A stretch of DNA of 64,000 nt, from NCBI RefSeq assembly GCF_006345805.1, contig NC_043009.1, positions 52,080,001 through 52,144,000 of the forward strand, in the 5' to 3' direction. The DNA comes from Octopus sinensis (taxonomy: Eukaryota). Numbering within the stretch: position 1 is the first letter of the stretch; each line of letters starts with the position of its first letter. The notes below the pieces were generated by a model. The model was not told the origin of the DNA. It did not search any database and saw only the letters and a list, made by a program, of their open reading frames with translations. Positions 12,567-26,285 of this stretch are shown piece after piece. The position numbers were made by a program, and so were the translations under genes.

Positions 12567-14429
12567 CCCAAAGCATCAAGTGCGGAAAATGAACTCTTTT
12601 ATCTTCAATTAACACAGGTTATAGGAATATAAATCTTCTTCCAAGAAAAGATAGCTTAAACTGTGCTATAAATGGAAGTGTAGTCAAATCCTATTTTATG
12701 AATTCAACCATAGCAAAAAATTCTATGCCCCCACACGGAGCATAGAAGTGCGGGTAAATGAGCATTGGAGGGAACTTAAGGAAGATAAGAGATCATCGGT
12801 TCTGTACCAGCACGGAGGGCTCGCTCAACAACATAGAAGTTAAAATCTTCAACATACAACAGACGCAACGCTTAGACAAATTACAGAAGCTACACACATA
12901 ATAGAAGATAAACCTAGCCTGAATAGGAAGCTGGAATGGAATACTAGCACACACCCACAACACACCACAACATACGACAGAATGAGAGCCCCATAAACTA
13001 ATAATAAAATGAGTATAATATAATACTATATACAGATAAACAAATGGAATTAAATAACTATATACGTTAACAAAATAAATTAAATTAATTACAAAAAAGA
13101 AAGAATAGAAAAAATAAGTAGGTATAAACACATGAACAAAATAAATAAAGACAAATTAAATGAACGTGTATAAACAGGGGATAGTGCTAATACAGCACAT
13201 CCCCCCCCCATACACACACACTTACTAAACATAGACAAACGTAAATAAAGACATATACAATAGGAATACAAAATGTGTGATCATTAGTAAGGTAAGACAC
13301 AAAAAAGAAAGAAGAAAGCAAAGGACCACTGATGAGGTAACAGAAGTGTGACGAAAGAACTCTGGCCGAAATACGATTAATTCAAAAATAAAACTGAAGC
13401 AAATAAACACCAAATATATAGTGCGTGTGTTCTTATTGGCTAAACTGGCAACGTGACTATACCCAAATACAACAATATATATATATATTATACACACACA
13501 CACATATATATGTATGTATATACACATATATATGGAGGTGTGTATGGATATGTACACACACACACACGCACATATAAATAACGCATATATTATATATGTA
13601 TGTGTGCGTGTGCACATATATAAATTATATCTTTTGTATGTATGAATGTATGTATGTATGTATGTTTGCACGTATGTATACATGTATGTTTGGTTACATG
13701 ACTGCATATACGTATATGTGTATGATTGTAACCTGACATACTTATGGACCACTGCACTGAAATATTAAAGTGTTTAAACCTATAGACGCAATCATAAAGC
13801 TAACAAATATGAACTATCTTACATATAATCATACACCCACACACCCAGGTATACATATCACACATATACGTACAGCTGTGTGTCTGAGTCTGTGTATTAT
13901 GTGAGCATATGTATTATGTATGTCTGTATCTCCGTGTGTTTCTTGGCGAGGAATATCTTGGAAATTGAAAACAGTTTCTTTCACTTTCATTTTTATTGTA
14001 GCCAAAAAAAAAAAAAAGAAATAATAAATAACAAAAGAAAATAAATACAGGAAATGAAGTGTTTTATTATCGAACAGATATAACATAGAATAGAAAAATA
14101 AGAAAATTTACACAGACGAATGAATAAAATTATAAAAGAATGAAAAGTATAACGGAATGAATGAATATATGAAGTAAAACTGTAAATATAAAATCTTTAA
14201 GTCTTTTACGAAATTAAAATAAGGATGTATGAAGTGTCCAGTTTGATGATGCTTGGAACACTTTAGAAGCAGTTTAATACACTGGTAGAATCCATCTTGA
14301 AGTACTAATTAAGACTATCGTGGCGATGGGAAGAAATAGAGAATAAATAAATGAAAAAAAATTGCGATTTTAATTCAGGTTTTTAATTAAATGCGAACAA
14401 ATATGATGATTATAGGAGTGGAGAGGAAT

Positions 14430-14960
<531 letters not shown>

Positions 14961-15843
14961 CTGAAGCAACAGCAATGGTACTATTAATTTTATAGAAAAT
15001 TCAACGTCAGAAATTGAAGTAGGAAGGTGTATTATTACTAGTAGCTGCGTCAAATTGTATATATCTGTTGAGCATGTGGCTACTATATACATGTGAGTCA
15101 TTGCGCATGAATATAAGAATAACATATGTGGTTAATATTTTCACCACGCAACCTGGGGACCTTGGGTTCTATTTCAATATTCGCACTTCGATCAAGCATT
15201 CCTACCGTAGTCCTTATTTACCTTTCATTCCATATTTTGGTGTTCCTTAATGAACCGACGTGGCTCAGTTCGAACTATCTAAAAACGCGCGTAGGATCTT
15301 TAATATAAACTTGATTTCATCCATGTTTCTCCCACATTTGCTCAGTAGCTGGTAATTGATAATACTACACAATATAGTGTGTAATATAATGGTTTATTAA
15401 CAACTATGCAGAAAGCAGCTGGGAGTAAGAAATATATATATATATATATATATTTCTAGCATATGGGTGTCCAGATAGTGGTTTCCCTATTATATAAAAA
15501 ATACAAAATGGGACAAGAACGCAAAACATCCAAACAGTTAGGTGACACAAAAAAGCGCGAAACAAAACATTCAGATAGAAGATACAAAGAAAATAAGGAT
15601 GGGTCATTCGGAGTTTTCTTTCCTCAGTCGAGTTCCAGATTTATCTTTGCAATTTCGGCTGGTTTTACCCTATGTGGCAAGGCCAACACTTTGTATTTTA
15701 GGTATCATACATTTTTACCAGCTTATTGAACAGGAGCAAAATGAAACAACTTGCCTTGCTCAACGGAATTGAACTCCCGACCTTACTTTCGGAAACTGAA
15801 TATCGTAACCACTTACCCAAGTATGCATGTTAATACATACATA

Positions 15844-15878
<35 letters not shown>

Positions 15879-15919
15879 ATGCCACTCTCTCTCTATCTCT
15901 GTTGACACACAAACACGCA

Positions 15920-15955
<36 letters not shown>

Positions 15956-15959
15956 CAGA

Positions 15960-16078
<119 letters not shown>

Positions 16079-17274
16079 ATAAATATGAAGTTATATATTA
16101 GGACCAGAAAATATATGATATTTTAGGACTTTCTATAGAGAACAAAATCTTTTCAGAATCATAATAAGGGGAAGGAGGATGGATATATTCGTGGTAGACA
16201 TTGTGAGAATAACACGTGACGGAAAACTGAAACCAGCAAAAATCACAAGAGGAATCTCGTTTTTCGATACATAAAGGGGATACTAATTAAATTGAAGAAC
16301 AGAATAGCTTTTTAGACATTTCAGGACGTCATACTAAGTTCTAATGGGCTGGATGCGCGAAAAATGTACGTGTCTAAGCATGGATGTATAAATACATACA
16401 TACATACATACATACACACACATATATATGCACACACACGCACACACACACACCCATATATATACACGCATATATAAATTTATATATGTACGGATATATC
16501 CATATACAAGTTTGTGTATATGGATATGAGTATATCTACATGATGTATGTAAATACATATATAATACATGTATAACTTTATATACATACTCAAGCGTGCA
16601 CATATATATACGTATGTATGTATGTATGTATGTATTTATATATATACGTATGTATGTATTTATATATGTATGTACGTACGTATGTATGTATGTATGTATG
16701 TATGTATGTATGTATGTATGTATGTATGTATGTATAAGCCATACACGTTCACACAAGTCCAATTTCATGCAAGCATTATGAGTTTCGTGTAAACGTAACT
16801 GTTCCACTGTCACCGATAAGTATTCAATTGTTCCAACAGCTGAACTGATTTTTCATTCAATTATTGTGCAGGTGGCCGAATGTTTCATAGACACGTTCGA
16901 ATTTGTTATAACTGCGAAAAACAAAAAAATATCAACTCAACAAAGTGTGTAACAATATAAGATCTGTAAATGACAGTAACAGTATTCAAAGGCCTAAAAC
17001 TTGGTGGATCAAATCATGGTAGACGACGTTTGTCCAATGTTCCGGGTAGTCGATCTGAAATCGGAACCTCTTGATTATAGGCCTGCGTTCACATAAATGT
17101 TGTTACATACACGGTATTCAAAAAATGACTGGTTATATGGAACCCCCGACTATTATGCATCCGAAATCCTTTTTTAACTTATTATACTAGTTCGTATTAT
17201 TTGTAATCAAATCTATTTTGCTTTCCTCCTGTTATAAATAGGTATATGTGTGTATGTATGTATATTATCTATCC

Positions 17275-17366
<92 letters not shown>

Positions 17367-17540
17367 CTCTATATATATATCAAAATAGTTTAATTCAAAT
17401 TAGTTGGAACTCTTGAGTGTCAACGGATACCAACACATTTGAATCAAACTGTTTCGATCCATACACGTAATTCCGAATAAGTTAGTTGAGTGCTCTTTTT
17501 TTTGTTTTCCCGCACACTCGTATATATATGTATATTTATA

Positions 17541-17702
17541 CTTTGGTACTCTAGGCACAAGACCCGAAGTTTTGGGAGAGTGGGCGAGCCAATTACATCA
17601 ACTGGTACTTTATTAATTGACCCCGAAAAGATGAAAGACAAAGTCGACCTCGGCGAAATTTCAAATCGGAACGTAAGGACAGACGAAATTTCGCCCGGCC
17701 TG
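17541..17702 (-). mobile_element. SINE of the second family
   Basis: Minus strand reads CGCCGAGGTCGACTTTGTCTTTCATCTTTTCGGGGTC..AGTACCAGTT..CCCAAAACTTCGGGTCTTGTGCCTAGAGTAC; homologous to 53652-53775. Confidence 0.75.
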
Positions 17703-17747
17703 TTAATTTGAGTATGTGTATGTGTGTGTGTGTGTGTGTGTGTAAGG

Positions 17748-17800
<53 letters not shown>

Positions 17801-18400
17801 TGTCTGTCTGTCTGTCTGTCTGTGTGTGTGTACATAATAAAATGTATCGTTTATACATGGTAATTTACTTGTAATGTGCGATCGTTTTTTTCGGTGTTCG
17901 CTACGTATATGGTAAATGATAGACTGAAGAAACGAGAATTGTTATTAATCCCGACAATAGTTTCGACACATCTAGATTCGATCCCACACGGGTGAGATGT
18001 TGAACAATTGGTTCAGGAGCATCAGGCAGTGTAGATATGTCTCTTCGGATGATAAACTTGTTAAAATAAGAGTTCTACAGTGTATCCTCTCATTTCGTGT
18101 AAAGAAATGCAGCAAATTAAAGGATATATCTTCATTGGTATGCAAAGATGCAAAGAAGAAACGAACACACAGATCAGCGAGAAAAGTACCAAAGATAACC
18201 GATGGCGGATATAAATGTTTAAATTCCCTCGTGCAAGCTGCATGGCGCATGTACATTCGCCCAAATGTACAAAAGTTCCAAGAAGAAGTAAGCATATGCA
18301 CACGTGTGACTTGGTTCACACACGTTCACACACCGAGTTAAATAGCTACTTGGTGTTTATAAGGATGGGTATGAAGATACATTGCAGAACTGTTATTTTA

Positions 18401-19620
18401 ACGAGTTATATCTATTTTATTTCATAATATTTGACTTAAGGCAATACATAGAGGGGACGGACAAGGACAGACAAACATAAAAAGAGTGAAGTAGCTTTCA
18501 ACGATTAAAATTTAACAATGATTATCATGCAGATGAGATTAAAATTGAATACATTGTTAAAAGCAATGTTCAACACGAAGGAATATCATCCTACACCAGA
18601 GTAGAACATTTGCACTCTCTCCGTGGCTCCGCTCACTTAGTGCCAGTTCCTCCTAGCTTTCTCTCCACAAGCTTCCATCTTTTTCTGAATTTTTCACCTG
18701 ACGGGTACCTCTTCTCCAGTCTGATCTTACTGCTGAGGTGGGAACTAAAAAATTGACCAACTCCTGGCCAGATACGAAGGTCACAATCCCTTTCAACCGC
18801 GTCTTCCATACAGTTTCTTTCATCATGGTCACCACGCAGAAAAAAAACAGGCCTTCCTCTCCCCGCTAAGGGAAGGAGGTGGCACAATCTCGATGATGGT
18901 CTCAGCTGATAGCTGTACTCTTCCCATCGATGACAACAGTTGTTATGTAAAACTACGATCCCAATAATCCTGGACATTCCACGAATGCGTGCAAGACGGT
19001 TTCTCTATCACGAGTTATATCTATTTTATTTCATAATATTTGACTTAAGGCAATACATAGAGGGGACGGACAAGGACAGACAACATAAAAAGAGTGAAGT
19101 AGCTTTCAACAATTAAAATTTAACAATGATTATCATGCAGATGAGATAAAATTGAATACATTGTTAAAAGCAATGTTCAACACGAAGGAACTCATCCTAC
19201 ACCAGAGTAGAACATTTGCACTCTCTCTCCGTGGCTCCGCTCACTTAGTGCCAGTTCCTCCTAGCTTTCTCTCCACAAGCTTCCATCTTTTTTCTGAATT
19301 TTTCACCTGACGGGTGATTCTTACTGCTGAGGTGGGAACTAAAAAATTGACCAACTCCTGGCCAGATACGAAGGTCACAATCCCTTTCAACCGCGTCTTC
19401 CATACTGTTTCTTTCATCATGGTCACCACGCAGAAAAAAAACAGGCCTTCCTCTCCCCGCTAAGGAAGGAGGTGGCACAATCTCGATGATGGTCTCAGCT
19501 GATAGCTGTACTCTTCCCATCGATGACAACAGTTGTTATGTAAAACCTACGATCCCAATAATCCTGGACATTCCACGAATGCGTGCAAGACGGTTTCTCT
19601 ATCACGAGTTATATCTATTT
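18401..19620 (-). mobile_element. Two head-to-tail copies (609 and 594 bp) of the 3' end of an L1/Tx1-clade LINE
   Basis: Units 18401-19009 and 19010-19603. Minus-strand peptides GRVQLSAETII, VWKTRLKG and EKFRKRW align with the C-terminus of the Tx1 element at 58147-61117 (GRVSLSAESIV, ECFKKRW). The 17-mer ACGAGTTATATCTATTT occurs at 18401, 19010 and 19604. Confidence 0.85.
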
Positions 19621-20993
19621 ATCGACCGAAGAGACACATCTGCACCGTTGGATTCTCCTGAACCATTTGTTAAGTATCACACCCGTGAGGGATCGATACT
19701 AGATGTGTCGAAACGTCTGTCGTGATTAATAACAATTCTCGTTTCTTCTATCGTTCGTCTTTCATTCACCATATAATATATATATGAGTGTGTGTTGTTG
19801 TGTGTGTATGTGTGTGTGGGTGTGTGTGTGTGTACAATATCGAGCACACATTCACAAGGTATGTGTTTTGTCAGATCATGGGCAGGGAGAGGCAACTGAC
19901 GTAAGACAATATATTCTCATTAATTCACCCGGTCTTATATACATATAATCAAAGGTGTTGGAAATGCACTGGGATTTGTTAAGATTTTTCATTTTAAGTT
20001 TTTAAAGATGTAAGTGGTTTCTCAGATTTTCAAAATTTTAGACAGAAAGACGTGGAGCTGTACTGCAGACACACGCACACTTAAACACACACACAACACA
20101 CGCACAAACACACGCGCGCACACACAAACACATACTTCATAGATTTAAAACATATCCGTTCGCGATTTTATGTTCTTTCTCTCTCGTTTTAATTTTTCTT
20201 TTTACACTTTTTGTGAAGATTAAAAGACAGAGCTACGTGAAAAGCACCACATATTTGTCTACTCCCTACTGAGGAACTTTTGTGGAATTTTTCAGAGTTT
20301 CCCTTAGAAATATCTATTTCTCTTTGCAACCAATTATATATTGCCATGGCTCTTTTATTGCTAGCCATGCAGAGTCAATTATGATGTAAAGAAATTCCGT
20401 GTTAGATTCGAGTCTATTTATTTGATGTTTACTGTAACATAAACTATTCTACATAGTAAGATAAATAAAGAGGATATAGACTACACACATTGATTCGTTT
20501 TGTTTTGTTTCTTACTAACTATAAATTCCTACCATTTGCACTGAAGAAAGAATTGTGAACTGTGTAACCCTTACTTATTTCAAATGTGTTACTCTAACCT
20601 AAGATTGTTTCAAATTTAAGATGCATCGTTCTTTCGCCGCACCAAGAACTTAACTCTCGTTCTGAAATTCTTTCGAAAAGTTGTTTTTATACATTAAAAT
20701 ATATTTTCATCTTGATCGTGAACTCTACAGCATTTCTTGTATGTTCTGGTAATTTAATCTCGTTTCAAGATTCCTATACGGACTCGATGAGGACTAATCC
20801 CCTTGTTTACCTCATATCTCGGATCCCATTTCCCGCTTTGGCATTTTCGTTAACTGCTTTGTAACATAGACTTGCATCGAATGAAACCTTTGGATTTATA
20901 TACTGAAGTTTAAAAACGTAAACAGTTTTGACTTACACATATGTATAGGGATACACGTACATATAGGCGTACATACATACCTATATATATATA

Positions 20994-21330
20994 ACGGGAA
21001 GCTTTATGAAAATAAACAAAAGACGAAGGCAGGTGGAAAACAAACGAACAATTGTATTAGTATGGCGCTCAGGAAATATAAATAAAACAAGTCTTTAACG
21101 TTTCGAGCCTACGCTCTTCAACAGAAAGATACACAGAGGAGAAACACAGAAAGAAGGAGAGAAAAAAAATGCGTGAGTAGCTAACGAATCAACATGGCGA
21201 TCTGATTTCGGCCAGAGGTCAAAGATCAAATATGAGACGCGAGAGCGAAATAAGGGGAGATAATAGGGTTGATAAAAGGGTTGAGTGACCAGCTAAAAGT
21301 GCGTGGGAGGGGTCTGGATGTGTGTATAGG
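20994..21330 (-). mobile_element. Penelope-LTR/retrozyme-like non-coding unit with a hammerhead-like motif (21092-21129)
   Basis: Minus strand reads TCTTT CTGTTGAA GAGC GTAG GCTC GAAACGTT AAAGA; the 3' end CTTCGTCTTTTG..CCCG abuts (AT)n as in the sister copies. Confidence 0.6.
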
Positions 21331-21344
21331 ATATATATATATAT

Positions 21345-22053
21345 TCTTCTTTTTCCTATTGTCGTTTCTTCCTACTCTGGTTGTTATAGATCGCTAGCCA
21401 CTATACGTTCTTTATTTTCTCTCCTTGCTTCTTTCTGTGGAAGAGCGTAGGCTCGAAACATTAAAGACTTTTTCATTTCCCGAGCGCTAAACTAATACAT
21501 CTGTTTGCTGTCTACACCAGCTCTCTTCGTATTTTGATATTTTAAATGAATTCTCCCCGTATATTACACGCTCACGTGTTCGCGCCAGTTGATCCTGTTT
21601 CCTCTCATTACCCAACGAAATATTACATCTTCTACACTGGGCTATTCTACCTGGATTCCCTACCTGGACTTTCTACTCTCATACACTTCAGCTATACCTC
21701 TCCTGCCCATGGATTACACTAGACTCTCTGTTGATGAAAAATCGCTCCAATACACCACAACGTTCGAAGCTTTTGAACCTTTTGAACTTTCCTTAACTTT
21801 TTTGTACTTTCTAAACTATTTTTGCACCTTCTGCTTTTTCCTATAGTCGTTTCGTCCTACTGTGTTTATTATAGATCGGTAGCCACTACACGTTCTTTAT
21901 TTTCTCTTCTTGTTTCTTTCTATGTTCCTTTGTGTGGAAGAGCGTAGGCTCGAACATTAAAGACTTCTCTTTTCCCGAGCGTTAAACTAATACATATGAG
22001 TGATGTCTACACCACGTGTCTTCGTCCTTTGTTGTTTTTTTGTGAATTTTCCC
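21345..22053 (+). mobile_element. Direct repeat - internal region - direct repeat unit with two hammerhead-like motifs
   Basis: About 210-bp direct repeats (21345-21560 and ~21835-22053) flank a ~275-bp interior. Motifs at 21430-21467 and 21927-21963. The interior is homologous to 31180-31651. Confidence 0.65.
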
Positions 22054-22054
22054 T

Positions 22055-22137
22055 ATATATATACGTATATATTATATACATATATATAGATATATATATA
22101 TATATACACATATATATATAATATATATATATATATA

Positions 22138-22176
<39 letters not shown>

Positions 22177-22206
22177 TATATATATATACATATATATATA
22201 TATATC

Positions 22207-22246
<40 letters not shown>

Positions 22247-22266
22247 GATATATATATATATATATC

Positions 22267-22298
<32 letters not shown>

Positions 22299-22358
22299 TA
22301 TATACGTATATATACATATATAGATATATAATATATTATAGATATATATATATATATA

Positions 22359-22394
<36 letters not shown>

Positions 22395-22413
22395 CATATA
22401 TATATATATATAC

Positions 22414-22473
<60 letters not shown>

Positions 22474-22522
22474 TATATACATATATATATATACGTATAT
22501 ATTACATATATATATATATATC

Positions 22523-22556
<34 letters not shown>

Positions 22557-22560
22557 ATAT
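22055..22560. repeat. Long imperfect (AT)n tract
   Basis: Directly visible. Confidence 0.95.
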
Positions 22561-22564
22561 ATAG

Positions 22565-22763
22565 TATGACGCCATGATAGATGGTTAGCCACTACACACA
22601 TTTTTTTCTCGCCTTGTTTTTTTCTGTGTCCCCTTTCTGTAGAAGAGCATAGGCTCGAAACGTAACATACTTTTTCTATTCCTGAGCGTATACTATACAT
22701 CTGTTGCTTTTACACAACCGCCTGTCTTCGTCTTTTGTTGTTTTTTTTTTCGTAAACTCTCCC
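22565..22763 (+). mobile_element. Further copy of the ~200-bp terminal repeat of the hammerhead-bearing unit
   Basis: TAGCCACTACAC..CTTTCTGTAGAAGAGCATAGGCTCGAAACGTA..GTCTTCGTCTTTTG..CCCTATATA. Confidence 0.65.
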
Positions 22764-23374
22764 TATATATATATATATATATAGATTGCAGAGCATGCAT
22801 CTATCAATGCCAAAATCTTCATAGCATGATATATATGTCGAAGCAACAAACACGTACTAGTATAGACGTTGCTGGATAAGACGGAACACGTTTCTTTGAT
22901 ACTTTTATGTCTCATAAACCATCTTTTACTAACGCACTCTATCATTATTGCACCCATTTCGTAATATTTTTCTACTTTGGTATAAGATAAAACTTTCATT
23001 TTCACTGTTATTTTGTAGCTTGCTTGTAGAAAATTTATGTAGTAAATATTAGTGCTTAACTTCGAGCTATGTTATTAACCGAGATGCATGAACAGAACAA
23101 AGTGAAATGAAACAAAACTGCAAAGGTAAATAAAATCTACGACGTATTTATTCAGTTTATTAGTATTTCTTTTTTTTTTTCTCAACGTTCCATATGATTT
23201 GTGCAAAGTAACCAGAAGTGAAGTGAGGGATGTTTCAGTAATCAGTCTCAAGGATGAAACGTCGGAAATGGACTCTTAACATTTTTATTATAATCTTAAG
23301 ATAATGATATACTGATTAGTGTTACGTAGGAAGAAACATCGTAGCAGAAGCAACAGACTTAACAACGGCAGCAG

Positions 23375-23397
23375 CGGCAGCAACAGCAGCAGTAGTG

Positions 23398-23436
<39 letters not shown>

Positions 23437-23820
23437 TAGTAGTAGTAGTAGTAGTTGTGGTGGTGGTGGTGGTGGTGGTGGTGGTGGTGATCGTCGTCGT
23501 GGTGATGATGGTAGTGGTGGATTTGGTGGTGGCGGTGGTGATGGTGGTGGTGGTGGTGGTGGTGGTGGTTGTGGTGATGTGGTGGTGTGTAGTGTTGGTG
23601 GTGGTCGTATGTGGTGATGTTGTGTTGTGTGTAGTAGTGGTATAGTGGTGGTGTGGTGGTCTCGTCGTGGTGGTAATGGTGGTGGATTTTGTGGTAGCGG
23701 TGTGATGTGGTTTTGTGGTGGTTATGGTGGGGTTGGTGTGATGGCGGTGATGGTGGTGTGGTGGTGGTGGTGTATGGTAGTAGTGGTATTAGTATAGTAT
23801 AGTAGTAGTATAGTAGTGTA
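23375..23820. repeat. (AGT)n/(GGT)n low-complexity tract
   Basis: Directly visible. Confidence 0.95.
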
Positions 23821-24331
23821 GTGTTTTTTTGTCAATATCATCTTTCATCAAGTTCATCTATGATGGAATGTATACCAGTGAAGAAACTGATATGTTATTG
23901 ATACGTAATGTATCTAGGATTACTCTTCAATGTACACACCCTACTTTTAAGATCTCAGAAATGTGATTTAGGAGAAAAGTTGATGCTTAGGCTTACAGGT
24001 TTATGCGGCTGATAAAAATTAGTATGGCGAGGGAAATGTTAATAATTAACCCCGATTATGCAATCGAATTTATTTTTACATTAGCAACTCGTTATTTATT
24101 CACTTCAGGCTTATACCTTTAATTACCAGAATGAATTAAACTTACTTCAGATTCTTAGCTGAAAACTGAGCGCATCAGACAATTTTAGAGTAAGTGGCTT
24201 TGGTCAGTTTCGATGTCTATGACAAAATATGAATCGGTGTCACTTCCGACTCTTCTTTGACTCGTATTTTCCTCCTTATTCTTTTCCATTTTTCCATATC
24301 TTTCATTCTATTTAAATGTTTATTTTAGTTA

Positions 24332-24740
24332 TACTCTTACTCACTTTTACTTGTTTCAGTCATTTGACTGCGGCCATGCTGGAGCACCGCATTAGTCGAG
24401 CAAATCGACTCCGGGACTTATTCTTTTTGTAAGCCCAGTACTTATTCTATCGGTCTCTTATGCCGAACCGCTAAGTGACGGGGACGTAAACACACCAGCA
24501 TCGGTTGTCAAGCAATGCTAGCGGGGACAAACCAAGACACAAACACATACCACACACATATATATATATACATACATATATACGACAGGCTTCTTTCAGT
24601 TTCCGTCTACCAAATACTCCGAAGGCATTGGTCGTCGGCCGGGGCTATAGCAAGGACCGTTGCCCCAAGATGCCACGCAGTGGGACTGAACCGGAACCAT
24701 GTGGTTGGTTAGCAAGCAACTTACCACACGGCACTCCTGC
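24332..24740 (-). mobile_element. Main-family tRNA-derived SINE, near full length
   Basis: Head with A/B-box-like segments (GTGCCGTGTGGTAAG; GGTTCAGTCCC), central GGCAAAAG/ACCGATAGAATAAG block, AAGAGTA-type tail. Confidence 0.92.
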
Positions 24741-25152
24741 CCCTATTATCTTAATTTCTGTTTGTTTGTTTTTTTTTTATTGTCCTCATGTTTTATTCAT
24801 TTAAAGTCTACGGGATAGTCAACCAAATTTATTTAGAAAACAACTCTATTTTAGTATGCAAATCTTTATGGTTTCCTATTATTGCACTTCATACATTTTT
24901 CTGATTTTTTATTCTCTTGATCTTTTAAACATATTGGATCAAATATTGTTCTTCCTCTGAATTTTATTGACCAGCTGCTATCGCTTGTTAAAAAGAAGTC
25001 ATATATGGTAACCTGCAGTATTGTGTTAACATTGAATTTTTGCAATATATGAGACTGACTGCTATCTTTAGTGAGGCCTATGTTTCAACTTATCATGAAG
25101 CGTTTGGAAGACAATATGTTGAATTAAAGCAAATTTACATCTATTTTTTTAT

Positions 25153-25658
25153 TACTCTTTTATTGTTTTAAATGTTTCAGTCATTTGACTGCTGCTATGG
25201 TGGATCACCACCTTTTAGTCGAAGAATTCCACCCCAAGACTTATTTTTTGTAAGCTCGGTACTTGTTCTATCGGTCTCTTTTCCCGAACCGCTAGGTTAC
25301 GAGGATACAAACACACTAACATCGGTTGTCAAGCGATGGGGGAGGGAGAAGAAACGTAGACAGAAAGACACACGTAAATACACACACATATACGCACGCA
25401 CACACCACACACACACCACACACTACATATATATATATATATAGATATATATATATATATTATATAGATATATACAGATATATATATAGTATATATTATT
25501 ATATATATATATATCTATATATATGACGGGCTTCTTCTCAGTTCCGTCTACAAATTTATGACAAGGTTTTTGGTCGCCCCGACGCTATAGTAGAAGACAA
25601 TTTGTCCCCAGAACCACAGAACCATGTTGTTGGGAAGCAAGCTTCTTACCACACAGCT
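25153..25658 (-). mobile_element. Main-family SINE, near full length, with an expanded internal microsatellite
   Basis: Same blocks as 24332-24740, more diverged. Confidence 0.85.
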
Positions 25659-25704
25659 AACCCCACCATATATATATATATATATATATAGTATCTATAT
25701 ATAG

Positions 25705-25755
<51 letters not shown>

Positions 25756-26018
25756 GTGAGAAAGACAGACAGACAGAGAGAAACAGAGAAAGAGAGCGGC
25801 AGGGAAAGAGAAGGAGAGAACAGCGTAAAAGGTAGGAATTGAAATCATTTCAATTTCATAACAACCGGTTATGAGTTAAGTACGAATGTAGCATAGGAAA
25901 AATGCGTAGGTGTACGATAAAAGGAGGTGAGAGGCATCCTAAGTTTCAGTCAACGGCTTGTTGACTTCCCCTGTTTTAACCATGTGATGGTCCTTTTCTC
26001 ATTCAATACCATAGATCA

Positions 26019-26285
26019 CGAGGCTCCGGCTGGGGATGGTGGTGATCCCTGCTGTACTCTTTCACCACAACTTTCTCTCATTCTTTCTTCCTGTTTCTGT
26101 TGTACCTGTATTTCAAAGGGCCGGCCATGTCACTCTCTGTGTCACGCTGAATATCCCCGAGAACTACGTTAAGGGTAGACGTGTCTGTGGAGTGCTCAGT
26201 CACTTACACCTTAATTTCACGAGCAGGCTGTTCCGTTGGTCGGATCAACCGGAACCCTCATCATCGTAACCGACGGAGTGCTTCC
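26019..26285 (+). mobile_element. 5'-truncated SINE (body Y, tail T2) with an 11-bp target-site duplication
   Basis: ACCATAGATCA at 26008-26018 and 26286-26296. Body matches 63607-63903; tail GTGTCACGCTGAAT..GAGAACTA matches 45214-45510. Confidence 0.9.

Noticed and set aside
17972-18341. Overlapping 114-115-aa ORFs on both strands
   Set aside because: No motif or family resemblance recognised.
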